A stretch of 64,000 nucleotides of DNA, from contig OZ024764.1 of the NCBI GenBank assembly GCA_964016885.1, forward strand, positions 16,740,001-16,804,000. The letters run 5' to 3'. Shown here in pieces: positions 46,001-59,700 of the stretch (within the stretch, counting starts at the first letter, position 1; the number at the start of each line of letters is the position of its first letter). The position numbers were made by a program, and so were the translations under genes. The stretch comes from Eledone cirrhosa (taxonomy: Eukaryota). The notes under the pieces are model-generated. The model was not told the origin of the DNA. It saw only the letters and a program-made list of their open reading frames with translations, and did not search any database.

Positions 46001-49000
46001 TCAATTTCTCGTAGGAACCTCTACAACCAGCTAAACCATAGTCAGTGCCAGGTGAGAGGGTGATTGAAGCAGTTTAAGGGTGTAAACTACGGCCACTCAA
46101 ACCCTAATCAAAGTAATGGATTTCCTACGGCCAGCTACTATCTCCTTAGGGCCAAAGAAGCAGTTGGTCTCAAGACAATGTTTTTAATTTAATTAATTTT
46201 ATTTTATTTTGAAAGTAGGTTCATAAGGATGAATTTTCAGTAGATTATTGTAGCAGTCTTGGTGGCTTAGTGGGAAGTCCTAAAGATGGTTTGACCCTGG
46301 TCTGAGGTTCAATCCTAGTCTGGGAGATATATGTAAAGTGTCATTACTTTTTTTTCAATTTTCCTTTTACATTTCTTTGGAAAAAAACTGAAAAACCTTT
46401 GGGAGAACCCCAATATGTATTTATTTTATTTTATTTTATTTTAATTTCATTCAGTTATTTTATTTTGAAAGTAGCTTTATAAGTATTAACTTTCAGAAGA
46501 TTTTTGTAGCTGTTTTATTGGCCTAGTAGGAGTTAGCAAGTGAGCTGTTCGTTTTAAAGGCAGGTCAGTTTTTTAGGAGAGTCTATGGTCAACTACACCA
46601 TGGTCATGGATGAAATAAACAGTTTAGGGGCCTCAACTTCTTGTAGGAACCTCTACAACCAGCTAACACTGCCAGGTGAGAGGGTGGTTGAAGCAGTTTA
46701 AGGGTGTAAACTACGGCCACTCAAACCCTGATCAAAGTAATGGATTTCCTACGGACAGCTACTATCTCCTTAGGGCCAAAGAAGCAGTTGGTCTCAAGAC
46801 AATGTTTTTAATTTAATTAATTTGATTTTATTTTGAAAGTAGGTTCATAAGGATGAATTTTCAGTAGATTATTGTAGCAGTGTTGGTGGCTTAGTGGGAA
46901 GTCCTAAAGATAGTTTGACCCTGGTCTGAGGTTCAATCTTGGTCTGGGAGATATATGTAAAGTGTCATTACTTTTTTTCAATTTTCCTTTTACATTTCTT
47001 TGGAAAAAACTGAAAAACTTTTGCGAGAACCCCAATATGTATTTATTTTATTTTATTTTATTTAAATTTAATTGTTATTTTATTTTGAAAGTAGCTTTAT
47101 AAGTATTAACTTTCAGTAGATTTTTGTAGCTGTTTTATTGGCCTAGTGGGAGTTAGCAAGTGAGCTGTTCGTTTTAAAGGCAGGTCAGTTTTTTAGGATA
47201 ATCTATGGTCAACTACACCATGGTCATGGATGAAATAAACAGTTTAGGGGCCTCAATTTCTCGTAGGAACCTCTACAACCAGCTAAACCATAGTCAGTGC
47301 CAGGTGAGAGGGTGATTGAAGCAGTTTAAGGGTGTAAACTACGGCCACTCAAACCCTAATCAAAGTAATGGATTTCCTACGGCCAGCTACTATCTCCTTA
47401 GGGCCAAAGAAGCAGTTGGTCTCAAGACAATGTTTTTAATTTAATTAATTTTATTTTATTTTGAAAGTAGGTTCATAAGGATGAATTTTCAGTAGATTAT
47501 TGTAGCAGTGTTGGTGGCTTAGTGGGAAGTCCTAAAGATAGTTTGACCCTGGTCTGAGGTTCAATCTTGGTCTGGGAGATATATGTAAAGTGTCATTACT
47601 TTTTTTCAATTTTCCTTTTACATTTCTTTGGAAAAAACTGAAAAACTTTTGCGAGAACCCCAATATGTATTTATTTTATTTTATTTAATTTTAATTTCAT
47701 TCAGTTATTTTATTTTGAAAGTAGCTTTATAAGTATTAACTTTCAGTAGATTTTTGTAGCTGTTTTATTGGCCTAGTGGGAGTTAGCAAGTGAGCTGTTC
47801 GTTTTAAAGGCAGGTCAGTTTTTTAGGATAATCTATGGTCAACTACACCATGGTCATGGATGAAATAAACAGTTTAGGGGCCTCAACTTCTTGTAGGAAC
47901 CTCTACAACCAGCTAACACTGCCAGGTGAGAGGGTGGTTGAAGCAGTTTAAGGGTGTAAACTACGGCCACTCAAACCCTAATCAAAGTAATGGATTTCCT
48001 ACGGCCAGCTACTATCTCCTTAGGGCCAAAGAAGCAGTTGGTCTCAAGACAATGTTTTTAATTTAATTAATTTGATTTTATTTTGAAAGTAGGTTCATAA
48101 GGATGAATTTTCAGTAGATTATTGTAGCAGTGTTGGTGGCTTAGTGGGAAGTCCTAAAGATGGTTTGACCCTGGTCTGAGGTTCAATCTTGGTCTGGGAG
48201 ATATATGTAAAGTGTCATTACTTTTTTTCAATTTTCCTTTTACATTTCTTTGGAAAAAACTGAAAAACTTTTGCGAGAACCCCAATATGTATTTATTTTA
48301 TTTTATTTTATTTAAATTTAATTGTTATTTTATTTTGAAAGTAGCTTTATAAGTATTAACTTTCAGTAGATTTTTGTAGCTGTTTTATTGGCCTAGTGGG
48401 AGTTAGCAAGTGAGCTGTTCGTTTTAAAGGCAGGTCAGTTTTTTAGGATAATCTATGGTCAACTACACCATGGTCATGGATGAAATAAACAGTTTAGGGG
48501 CCTCAATTTCTCGTAGGAACCTCTACAACCAGCTAAACCATAGTCAGTGCCAGGTGAGAGGGTGATTGAAGCAGTTTAAGGGTGTAAACTACGGCCACTC
48601 AAACCCTAATCAAAGTAATGGATTTCCTACGGCCAGCTACTATCTCCTTAGGGCCAAAGAAGCAGTTGGTCTCAAGACAATGTTTTTAATTTAATTAATT
48701 TTATTTTATTTTGAAAGTAGGTTCATAAGGATGAATTTTCAGTAGATTATTGTAGCAGTCTTGGTGGCTTAGTGGGAAGTCCTAAAGATGGTTTGACCCT
48801 GGTCTGAGGTTCAATCCTAGTCTGGGAGATATATGTAAAGTGTCATTACTTTTTTTTCAATTTTCCTTTTACATTTCTTTGGAAAAAAACTGAAAAACCT
48901 TTGGGAGAACCCCAATATGTATTTATTTTATTTTATTTTATTTTAATTTCATTCAGTTATTTTATTTTGAAAGTAGCTTTATAAGTATTAACTTTCAGAA

Positions 49001-52000
49001 GATTTTTGTAGCTGTTTTATTGGCCTAGTGGGAGTTAGCAAGTGAGCTGTTCGTTTTAAAGGCAGGTCAGTTTTTTAGGAGAGTCTATGGTCAACTACAC
49101 CATGGTCATGGATGAAATAAACAGTTTAGGGGCCTCAACTTCTTGTAGGAACCTCTACAACCAGCTAACACTGCCAGGTGAGAGGGTGGTTGAAGCAGTT
49201 TAAGGGTGTAAACTACGGCCACTCAAACCCTGATCAAAGTAATGGATTTCCTACGGACAGCTACTATCTCCTTAGGGCCAAAGAAGCAGTTGGTCTCAAG
49301 ACAATGTTTTTAATTTAATTAATTTGATTTTATTTTGAAAGTAGGTTCATAAGGATGAATTTTCAGTAGATTATTGTAGCAGTGTTGGTGGCTTAGTGGG
49401 AAGTCCTAAAGATAGTTTGACCCTGGTCTGAGGTTCAATCTTGGTCTGGGAGATATATGTAAAGTGTCATTACTTTTTTTCAATTTTCCTTTTACATTTC
49501 TTTGGAAAAAACTGAAAAACTTTTGCGAGAACCCCAATATGTATTTATTTTATTTTATTTAATTTTAATTTCATTCAGTTATTTTATTTTGAAAGTAGCT
49601 TTATAAGTATTAACTTTCAGTAGATTTTTGTAGCTGTTTTATTGGCCTAGTGGGAGTTAGCAAGTGAGCTGTTCGTTTTAAAGGCAGGTCAGTTTTTTAG
49701 GATAATCTATGGTCAACTACACCATGGTCATGGATGAAATAAACAGTTTAGGGGCCTCAACTTCTCGTAGGAACCTCTACAACCAGCTAAACCATAGTCA
49801 GTGCCAGGTGAGAGGGTGGTTGAAGCAGTTTAAGGGTGTAAACTACGGCCACTCAAACCCTGATCAAAGTAATGGATTTCCTACGGCCAGCTACTATCTC
49901 CTTAGGGCCAAAGAAGCAGTTGGTCTCAAGACAATGTTTTTAATTTAATTAATTTTATTTTATTTTGAAAGTAGGTTCATAAGGATGAATTTTCAGTAGA
50001 TTATTGTAGCAGTCTTGGTGGCTTAGTGGGAAGTCCTAAAGTTGATGAAACCCTGGTCTGAGGTTCAATCCTGGTCTGAGGGATATATGTAAAGTGTCAT
50101 TACTTTTTTTTCAATTTTCCTTTTACATTTCTTTGGAAAAAAACTGAAAAACCTTTGGGAGAACCCCAATATGTATTTATTTTATTTTATTTTATTTAAA
50201 TTTAATTGTTATTTTATTTTGAAAGTAGCTTTATAAGTATTAACTTTCAGAAGATTTTTGTAGCTGTTTTATTGGCCTAGTGGGAGTTAGCAAGTGAGCT
50301 GTTCGTTTTAAAGGCAGGTCAGTTTTTTAGGATAGTCTATGGTCAACTACACCATGGTCATGGATGAAATAAACAGTTTAGGGGCCTCAACTTCTTGTAG
50401 GAACCTCTACAACCAGCTAACACTGCCAGGTGAGAGGGTGGTTGAAGCAGTTTAAGGGTGTAAACTACGGCCACTCAAACCCTAATCAAAGTAATGGATT
50501 TCCTACGGCCAGCTACTATCTCCTTAGGGCCAAAGAAGCAGTTGGTCTCAAGACAATGTTTTTAATTTAATTAATTTTATTTTTTTTTGAAAGTAGGTTC
50601 ATAAGGATGAATTTTCAGTAGATTATTGTAGCAGTGTTGGTGGCTTAGTGGGAAGTCCTAAAGATGGTTTGACCCTGGTCTGAGGTTCAATCTTGGTCTG
50701 GGAGATATATGTAAAGTGTCATTACTTTTTTTCAATTTTCCTTTTACATTTCTTTGGAAAAAACTGAAAAACTTTTGCGAGAACCCCAATATGTATTTAT
50801 TTTATTTTATTTTATTTAAATTTAATTGTTATTTTATTTTGAAAGTAGCTTTATAAGTATTAACTTTCAGTAGATTTTTGTAGCTGTTTTATTGGCCTAG
50901 TGGGAGTTAGCAAGTGAGCTGTTCGTTTTAAAGGCAGGTCAGTTTTTTAGGATAATCTATGGTCAACTACACCATGGTCATGGATGAAATAAACAGTTTA
51001 GGGGCCTCAATTTCTCGTAGGAACCTCTACAACCAGCTAAACCATAGTCAGTGCCAGGTGAGAGGGTGATTGAAGCAGTTTAAGGGTGTAAACTACGGCC
51101 ACTCAAACCCTAATCAAAGTAATGGATTTCCTACGGCCAGCTACTATCTCCTTAGGGCCAAAGAAGCAGTTGGTCTCAAGACAATGTTTTTAATTTAATT
51201 AATTTTATTTTATTTTGAAAGTAGGTTCATAAGGATGAATTTTCAGTAGATTATTGTAGCAGTGTTGGTGGCTTAGTGGGAAGTCCTAAAGATAGTTTGA
51301 CCCTGGTCTGAGGTTCAATCTTGGTCTGGGAGATATATGTAAAGTGTCATTACTTTTTTTCAATTTTCCTTTTACATTTCTTTGGAAAAAACTGAAAAAC
51401 TTTTGCGAGAACCCCAATATGTATTTATTTTATTTTATTTAATTTTAATTTCGTTCAGTTATTTTATTTTGAAAGTAGCTTTATAAGTATTAACTTTCAG
51501 TAGATTTTTGTAGCTGTTTTATTGGCCTAGTGGGAGTTAGCAAGTGAGCTGTTCGTTTTAAAGGCAGGTCAGTTTTTTAGGATAATCTATGGTCAACTAC
51601 ACCATGGTCATGGATGAAATAAACAGTTTAGGGGCCTCAACTTCTTGTAGGAACCTCTACAACCAGCTAACACTGCCAGGTGAGAGGGTGGTTGAAGCAG
51701 TTTAAGGGTGTAAACTACGGCCACTCAAACCCTAATCAAAGTAATGGATTTCCTACGGCCAGCTACTATCTCCTTAGGGCCAAAGAAGCAGTTGGTCTCA
51801 AGACAATGTTTTTAATTTAATTAATTTTATTTTATTTTGAAAGTAGGTTCATAAGGATGAATTTTCAGTAGATTATTGTAGCAGTGTTGGTGGCTTAGTG
51901 GGAAGTCCTAAAGATGGTTTGACCCTGGTCTGAGGTTCAATCTTGGTCTGGGAGATATATGTAAAGTGTCATTACTTTTTTTCAATTTTCCTTTTACATT

Positions 52001-54477
52001 TCTTTGGAAAAAACTGAAAAACTTTTGCGAGAACCCCAATATGTATTTATTTTATTTTATTTTATTTAAATTTAATTGTTATTTTATTTTGAAAGTAGCT
52101 TTATAAGTATTAACTTTCAGTAGATTTTTGTAGCTGTTTTATTGGCCTAGTGGGAGTTAGCAAGTGAGCTGTTCGTTTTAAAGGCAGGTCAGTTTTTTAG
52201 GATAATCTATGGTCAACTACACCATGGTCATGGATGAAATAAACAGTTTAGGGGCCTCAATTTCTCGTAGGAACCTCTACAACCAGCTAAACCATAGTCA
52301 GTGCCAGGTGAGAGGGTGATTGAAGCAGTTTAAGGGTGTAAACTACGGCCACTCAAACCCTAATCAAAGTAATGGATTTCCTACGGCCAGCTACTATCTC
52401 CTTAGGGCCAAAGAAGCAGTTGGTCTCAAGACAATGTTTTTAATTTAATTAATTTTATTTTATTTTGAAAGTAGGTTCATAAGGATGAATTTTCAGTAGA
52501 TTATTGTAGCAGTGTTGGTGGCTTAGTGGGAAGTCCTAAAGATAGTTTGACCCTGGTCTGAGGTTCAATCTTGGTCTGGGAGATATATGTAAAGTGTCAT
52601 TACTTTTTTTCAATTTTCCTTTTACATTTCTTTGGAAAAAACTGAAAAACTTTTGCGAGAACCCCAATATGTATTTATTTTATTTTATTTAATTTTAATT
52701 TCGTTCAGTTATTTTATTTTGAAAGTAGCTTTATAAGTATTAACTTTCAGTAGATTTTTGTAGCTGTTTTATTGGCCTAGTGGGAGTTAGCAAGTGAGCT
52801 GTTCGTTTTAAAGGCAGGTCAGTTTTTTAGGATAATCTATGGTCAACTACACCATGGTCATGGATGAAATAAACAGTTTAGGGGCCTCAACTTCTTGTAG
52901 GAACCTCTACAACCAGCTAACACTGCCAGGTGAGAGGGTGGTTGAAGCAGTTTAAGGGTGTAAACTACGGCCACTCAAACCCTAATCAAAGTAATGGATT
53001 TCCTACGGCCAGCTACTATCTCCTTAGGGCCAAAGAAGCAGTTGGTCTCAAGACAATGTTTTTAATTTAATTAATTTGATTTTATTTTGAAAGTAGGTTC
53101 ATAAGGATGAATTTTCAGTAGATTATTGTAGCAGTGTTGGTGGCTTAGTGGGAAGTCCTAAAGATGGTTTGACCCTGGTCTGAGGTTCAATCTTGGTCTG
53201 GGAGATATATGTAAAGTGTCATTACTTTTTTTCAATTTTCCTTTTACATTTCTTTGGAAAAAACTGAAAAACTTTTGCGAGAACCCCAATATGTATTTAT
53301 TTTATTTTATTTTATTTAAATTTAATTGTTATTTTATTTTGAAAGTAGCTTTATAAGTATTAACTTTCAGTAGATTTTTGTAGCTGTTTTATTGGCCTAG
53401 TGGGAGTTAGCAAGTGAGCTGTTCGTTTTAAAGGCAGGTCAGTTTTTTAGGATAATCTATGGTCAACTACACCATGGTCATGGATGAAATAAACAGTTTA
53501 GGGGCCTCAATTTCTCGTAGGAACCTCTACAACCAGCTAAACCATAGTCAGTGCCAGGTGAGAGGGTGATTGAAGCAGTTTAAGGGTGTAAACTACGGCC
53601 ACTCAAACCCTAATCAAAGTAATGGATTTCCTACGGCCAGCTACTATCTCCTTAGGGCCAAAGAAGCAGTTGGTCTCAAGACAATGTTTTTAATTTAATT
53701 AATTTGATTTTATTTTGAAAGTAGGTTCATAAGGATGAATTTTCAGTAGATTATTGTAGCAGTGTTGGTGGCTTAGTGGGAAGTCCTAAAGATAGTTTGA
53801 CCCTGGTCTGAGGTTCAATCTTGGTCTGGGAGATATATGTAAAGTGTCATTACTTTTTTTCAATTTTCCTTTTACATTTCTTTGGAAAAAACTGAAAAAC
53901 TTTTGCGAGAACCCCAATATGTATTTATTTTATTTTATTTAATTTTAATTTCATTCAGTTATTTTATTTTGAAAGTAGCTTTATAAGTATTAACTTTCAG
54001 TAGATTTTTGTAGCTGTTTTATTGGCCTAGTGGGAGTTAGCAAGTGAGCTGTTCGTTTTAAAGGCAGGTCAGTTTTTTAGGATAATCTATGGTCAACTAC
54101 ACCATGGTCATGGATGAAATAAACAGTTTAGGGGCCTCAACTTCTCGTAGGAACCTCTACAACCAGCTAAACCATAGTCAGTGCCAGGTGAGAGGGTGAT
54201 TGAAGCAGTTTAAGGGTGTAAACTACGGCCACTCAAACTCTGATCAAAGTAATGGATTTCCTACGGACAGCTACTATCTCCTTAGGGCCAAAGAAGCAGT
54301 TGGTCTCAAGACAATGTTTTTAATTTAATTAATTTTATTTTATTTTGAAAGTAGGTTCATAAGGATGAATTTTCAGTAGATTATTGTAGCAGTCTTGGTG
54401 GCTTATTGGGAAGTCTTAAAGATGGTGAGACCCTGGTCTAGGGTTCAATCCTTGCTGGGAGATATATGTAAGGTGTC
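43061..54477. repeat. Macrosatellite: 18 full plus 1 partial monomers of about 620-630 bp, with dimeric (~1250 bp) higher-order repeat
   Basis: Near-identical monomers. The motif tggcttagtgggaagtcctaaag recurs 19 times (43131 to 54398, last copy diverged). Long (ctaaaccatagtcagtgccagg) and short (ctaacactgccagg) variants alternate. Confidence 0.97.
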
Positions 54478-54489
54478 CTGTAAATCTTT

Positions 54490-55570
54490 TTTTACATAAC
54501 CTACATTTATTGTCGACTGATTGCCCTCCTCTTTTGTGTAGTAGATATTTGGTAGGTATTTCTTGTTCCTGTATTGCATAGAGATATCCTTTAAGGTGGG
54601 ATGTTATAAACTTGTCAGAACTTCATGCCAGACTTTTTGAATGATTTATCCCTTCTATGATCTGTGTTTTTCATTTCAAGTACCCATGCACAACTTTCTC
54701 TGTGAATTAGCCCATTTTTTAAATCTTGTTTGAGCATTGAATAGGAACTTCTAATTTCCCTGGGAGAGAGATTTATACCAGGTCTTATTCCATATCTCTC
54801 CTCCATATCAGTGGCTATCCTAATGATATTATTTCCTTCATGCGGTGGATTGGCAGTATCGGTAGAGGGTCGGACGCCATGCTTTGACGCATAGAGTTAC
54901 GGCCCTTGCCATTCTGAGTTCAAATCCCGCCGAGGTTAACTTTGCCTTTCATCCTTACGGGGTCGATAAAATAAAGTACCAGTAATGTACTGGGTAATTT
55001 CTGGCCTTGTGCCAATAGTAGAAACAATTATTTCCTTCATGCTCATAAACCTGGGCAAGATGGTTGATGACCTTTTTCTTCAGTTGAAGATGTTGCTTCA
55101 GTGTTACTATCCGGGTCTCAAATGATGTTATTATGGATTTTAGACCTCGGTCACCTTCCTTCCGTGAGAAGTATAGCCTATCCACGTCACCATTGATGCT
55201 AAAGTTTCCAGTAACACTGAACAGTTTGTAAGTTCTTACATCCATCTCACTTAGTTCTGGCAATGACCAGTTCAGCAGACTAAATGTTGGCACTGCATAA
55301 GTATTGTGGGCAATGTACTTGTTGAGTTCTGATGACCATATTTCTTTATTCTCTTGAGGTATTCAGTCCTGGTTCTCTCCTTATTTACGGGTCCACCATA
55401 TCTGACATTCTCATCCTGTCCAAGGTGTCTGTAGTTGTCACCTGACTGTAAAGGTTGTATTGTCCAGCCATTCATCTCTAGATTTCCCGAGGAGGGTACA
55501 ACCCTTCCAGGTTTTACTGTTAAATATGCAAATTTGGACTGACCAAATTTTATTTTGATGTCTGTAGAAA
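54490..55570 (-). mobile_element. Degenerate R4/Dong-like LINE reverse transcriptase fragment with nested SINE
   Basis: DIKIKFGQSK..YRHLGQDE..EYLKRIKK, and LSEMDVRT..DVDRLYFSRKEGDRGL; SINE 54844-55027 flanked by 15-bp TSD ttatttccttcatgc. Confidence 0.8.
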
Positions 55571-55824
55571 ATTGTGTAATGTGTGTGTGCTTGATCGCAT
55601 ACAGGCATGTGTATGTGTGTTTGTGTGGATGTGGATGTGGATGTGTTTGTGGTTGCGCATGTGTATACATGTGTGTGTGCTTGCGTGGTTGTATATGTGT
55701 GATTTATTGCGTGTCGGCGATTAAGTGTGTGTATGGAGAGAGAGGCGGGCAGGTAGACAGACAGAAACCAGAAACAGAGAAAAATGAAGTAAAAAAAAAA
55801 GAGAGAAAGAAAGAAATAACGAGA

Positions 55825-55923
55825 AGACGGATGTGAAAGTTTATTTCATGTCAAGCTGTCGTCGTTCCAGAATCGGTTACGATTCTAATTTTACAACAAC
55901 TCCAAAGGGAGATAATTCTCAGG
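55825..55923 (+). promoter_or_regulatory. Probable TIMM21 promoter / 5' UTR exon
   Basis: ETS-like ACGGATGT at about 55827, donor-like CAGG|GTAATA at 55923/55924, and acceptor TTTATTCCAG ending at 56053 immediately before ATG 56054. Confidence 0.4.
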
Positions 55924-56053
55924 GTAATATTTGGCTGAACAACACACGGTCACCTCTCACACATATATAAATATATATATAAATATACAGCTAATAAATA
56001 AAATAATTAAATGAAAATTTAGAAGGATGATTAAAGTCGGGTATTTATTCCAG

Positions 56054-56506
56054 ATGCACCAGTGTAACTGGCGGTCGCCATTATTGCTATTATTATTAAA
56101 GAGAAGTTCTCACAAAGCTTCCCTTAAACATTCGAACTGTTTATTAGATGTACGTGACATAAAGCAGGTTTTTCCTCTGGCTTCGTCGTCTAGATTTCAC
56201 TCCGTTTCTTTCAATATCAACAAAGACAGACGAACTCTGAAGACAACCGCCCCGAAATGCACCAACATAAACATGAGGTTTGCCTCGGAGAAAAAACAGA
56301 CGGAAAGCGAGGACCCAGGCGACAAAAAACAGTTGATGGAAGCCTGGAAAAACCCATATGAAGGTTTAAAGCTTGGTGATAAAGGTCAGTGAAGTTTTGA
56401 ATCTTCGTAGAAAGCTGGAAATCACCGCTACAGTGTGTTGCTAGTAACCAGTCGTGTAAGGGTTATTTTGTAAACAGAAAGTCCGTTGTTTGTGTACGTA
56501 TGTCTT

Positions 56507-56565
<59 letters not shown>

Positions 56566-56723
56566 TTGTCCTTGCATCTGATGAGGACGGCTCCGCCACA
56601 CCTCAGTTCGTGCGTACCTGTAAAGTGTAGGAAATTTGTATATATATATATGTGTGTGTGTGTGTGATATCATAAATAAATAATATTATATATATATATG
56701 TAAATATAAAATATGTATGTGAG

Positions 56724-56782
<59 letters not shown>

Positions 56783-59700
56783 GTAAAGGGGAGAGATGAG
56801 TGTATATAAAGTCACGTAGCTTAGTGGTTAGGGTATCGGTTTATGATCGTGATTTCAGTTTTCTGCAGCACATTATCTCTTAAATCGAGCATGTGGGGCT
56901 GGACCGAGGGGACAGCAAACTGCCAGACGGCATTACCATCTTCCCGTCCCGCAGTGTTAAACCCCTCGTCTGGGATGCCACTTGTAGTGATACATTCTCC
57001 AGCGACAATCAGTCCTGTCTTCGAGTAACCCAGGCTCTGCTGCATTTCGGGCTGAGGAGGGTAAACTCTCCAAGTATCGGTCGCTCTCCGACATGTTTGC
57101 AGTCGAGCCCCAAGCAGTGGAGACTTCTGGTGTCCTTGGCCCTAGGGCTACCCCCCTACTGGTTGCGATGACAGTGGGTGTTTGGCTCTTCTGTGTTCTG
57201 AAAACACTTTCAAATATAGTTAATCTGTTGACTGCTACGTATATTTTACACAGCTACAGTTGCTGTGCTGTTCTTTTTTTTCAGTAAAGCAACTATTTTT
57301 TAAAACAAACATTTATTAACAATACATATCTGAATGATTGACAAATGTCACATCAATAAACTAGTAACCCCATCTAGCTTTGAAGTTATGAACTGTTGGA
57401 AAAGAGTTTAAACATGTTAGGACGAGTTATCTCGTCTACGACATTGAAGAGGTTAATGTGGGGGCAGACATATTTATCTGCTATTTGTCTTATATGGTTT
57501 TCGGTTTTCTTTTTCTTCCAGTGAAGGAAGCTAGTAAGGATGTTACCTACACAGGTGTTATAATTGTTGGTGTTGGAATTACAGGTAAGTTCTTTGAAGT
57601 AATATATCATTATTATCATCATCATTACCATACCGCCACCTGGTGTAATATTCACCAAGTGCAAAGCTCAGAGATGAGAGAGTCACTCCAGGTAGAGCTG
57701 CTACTTCTCTGAATTGAGAGATCACAGCTCTGATACTACAGACATGTGGTTAGAATGTCTCAGGAAAGAATCTCTGAATTGAGAGATCACAGCTCTGATA
57801 CTACAGACATGTGGTTAGAATGTCTCAGGAAAGAATCTCTGGATTGAGAGACCACAGCTCTGATACTACAGACATGTGGTTAGAATGTCTGAGGAAAGAA
57901 TCTCCGGATTGAGAGATCACAGCTCTGATACTACAGACATGTGGTTAGAATGTCTGAGGAAAGAATCTCCGGATTGAGAGACCACAGCTCTGATACTACA
58001 GACATGTGGTTAGAATGTCTCAGGAAAGAATCTCTGAATTGAGAGATCACAGCTCTGATACTACAGACATGTGGTTAGAATGTCTCAGGAAAGAATCTCT
58101 GAATTGAGAGATCACAACTCTGATACTACAGACATGTGGTTAGAATGTCTCAGGAAAGAATCTCTGAATTGAGAGATCACAACTCTGATACTAAAGACAT
58201 GTGGTTAGAATGTCTCAGGAAAGAATCTCTGAATTGAGAGATCACAACTCTGATACTACAGACATGTGGTTAGAATGTCTCAGGAAAGAATCTCTGAATT
58301 GAGAGATCACAACTCTGATACTAAAGACATGTGGTTAGAATGTCTCAGGAAAGAATCGCTGGACAGATTTTACAGGCAAAACCAACCGGTAGGAGACCCA
58401 GGGGTAGACCCAGAACCAGATAGTTGGATAATATCCATGAACTTGGCTGGTCACGCTTGGAGATCCAGCCGGATTGGTTGGAGACGACTGTTTCTGACAG
58501 AACCTGCTGGAGGGAGTGTTTGAGGACTCAACTCCCATGACCCTCTCAGGAATAAGTGGGTGAAGAAGAAGAAGAATTAACTGACCCATCTTTCTCTCTT
58601 TCCTTTCAGCAATCATGTTTTATGCCATTGCTAAAGAACTATTATCAAAAGAGAGTCCAAATGCAGTTTTTGGGGAAGCTTTCAAGAGATGTAAAAATGA
58701 TCCAGAGGTAACTACTTTTTAATTATTGATGGTAAAGATACTATAAACATTTGGATTGACAAACCACATTAGAAAGACTATATCCACTACAGAGTTGCTG
58801 AAGCATGGAACAAACTACCTGCATCAGTTGTTAGCTGTCGAGACACTGCATCCTTTAAGGCCTCCATGCTTCCCGAGATCCGCCAACACTACAGCTAACA
58901 CATACACACATGTACTTCCCTGACATTTGTGTATTATTCTATGTACTATATTGACGAGTTGTAGTGCACCTGAGCACTTTACACAATAATTTCATCATTA
59001 TCATTATATGTATGACCCTGTTACTCCTGATAGAGTTGTAGGAGTGCCATGTTGACATACAGCATTTCTTGGGCATTTTAAGCCTGGCAGAGCCCCCCCC
59101 CCCCCTCTCCAGGCCTGAGTACAGCAGGTTTCTTCCAGAGAAAGATAGAAAGTGAGAGAGAGGAAATGAGGAAGAGATATAGAGGAAGAATTGACCCCAG
59201 TAGTAGACTGGTACTTTTTTTATCGACCTCGAAAGGATGAAAGGCAAAGTTGACCTCAGCAGGATTTGAACTTAGAGAGCAGAGAACTGGAATGAATACC
59301 ATACAGCATTCTATCTGACTTTCTAATGACTCTGCCAATTCGCCACCTTATCCACTATAGTAAAGATACTATAAACATTTGAATTAACAAACCCCTGGTT
59401 TTAGATATTTTCTGCTAAATCATTACAGGATGTTAAGAGATAATACTGCAAATTTTCACAACAATCTGTCCACTAGTAAAGATACTATAAACATTTAACC
59501 CTTTAGCATTCACTTTATTTTATATATACTATTATATTTTCGTGGTAAAGGCTTTACCTCACATAATATCGAATCTATGAGATTTTGAAAACACCTTAAC
59601 ATCAGTTTGAGCGACCAGTTACAGCCAGTTTCAACAGGAGGTAGAGAATTCTGGCCGGTTCTGGCCGGTTTGAACACTAAAAGGTTAAATTAACAAATCT

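Noticed and set aside
56575-56612. CTGATGA-gg motif (similar one at about 20245 on the minus strand)
   Set aside because: No correctly placed GAAA or stem III.
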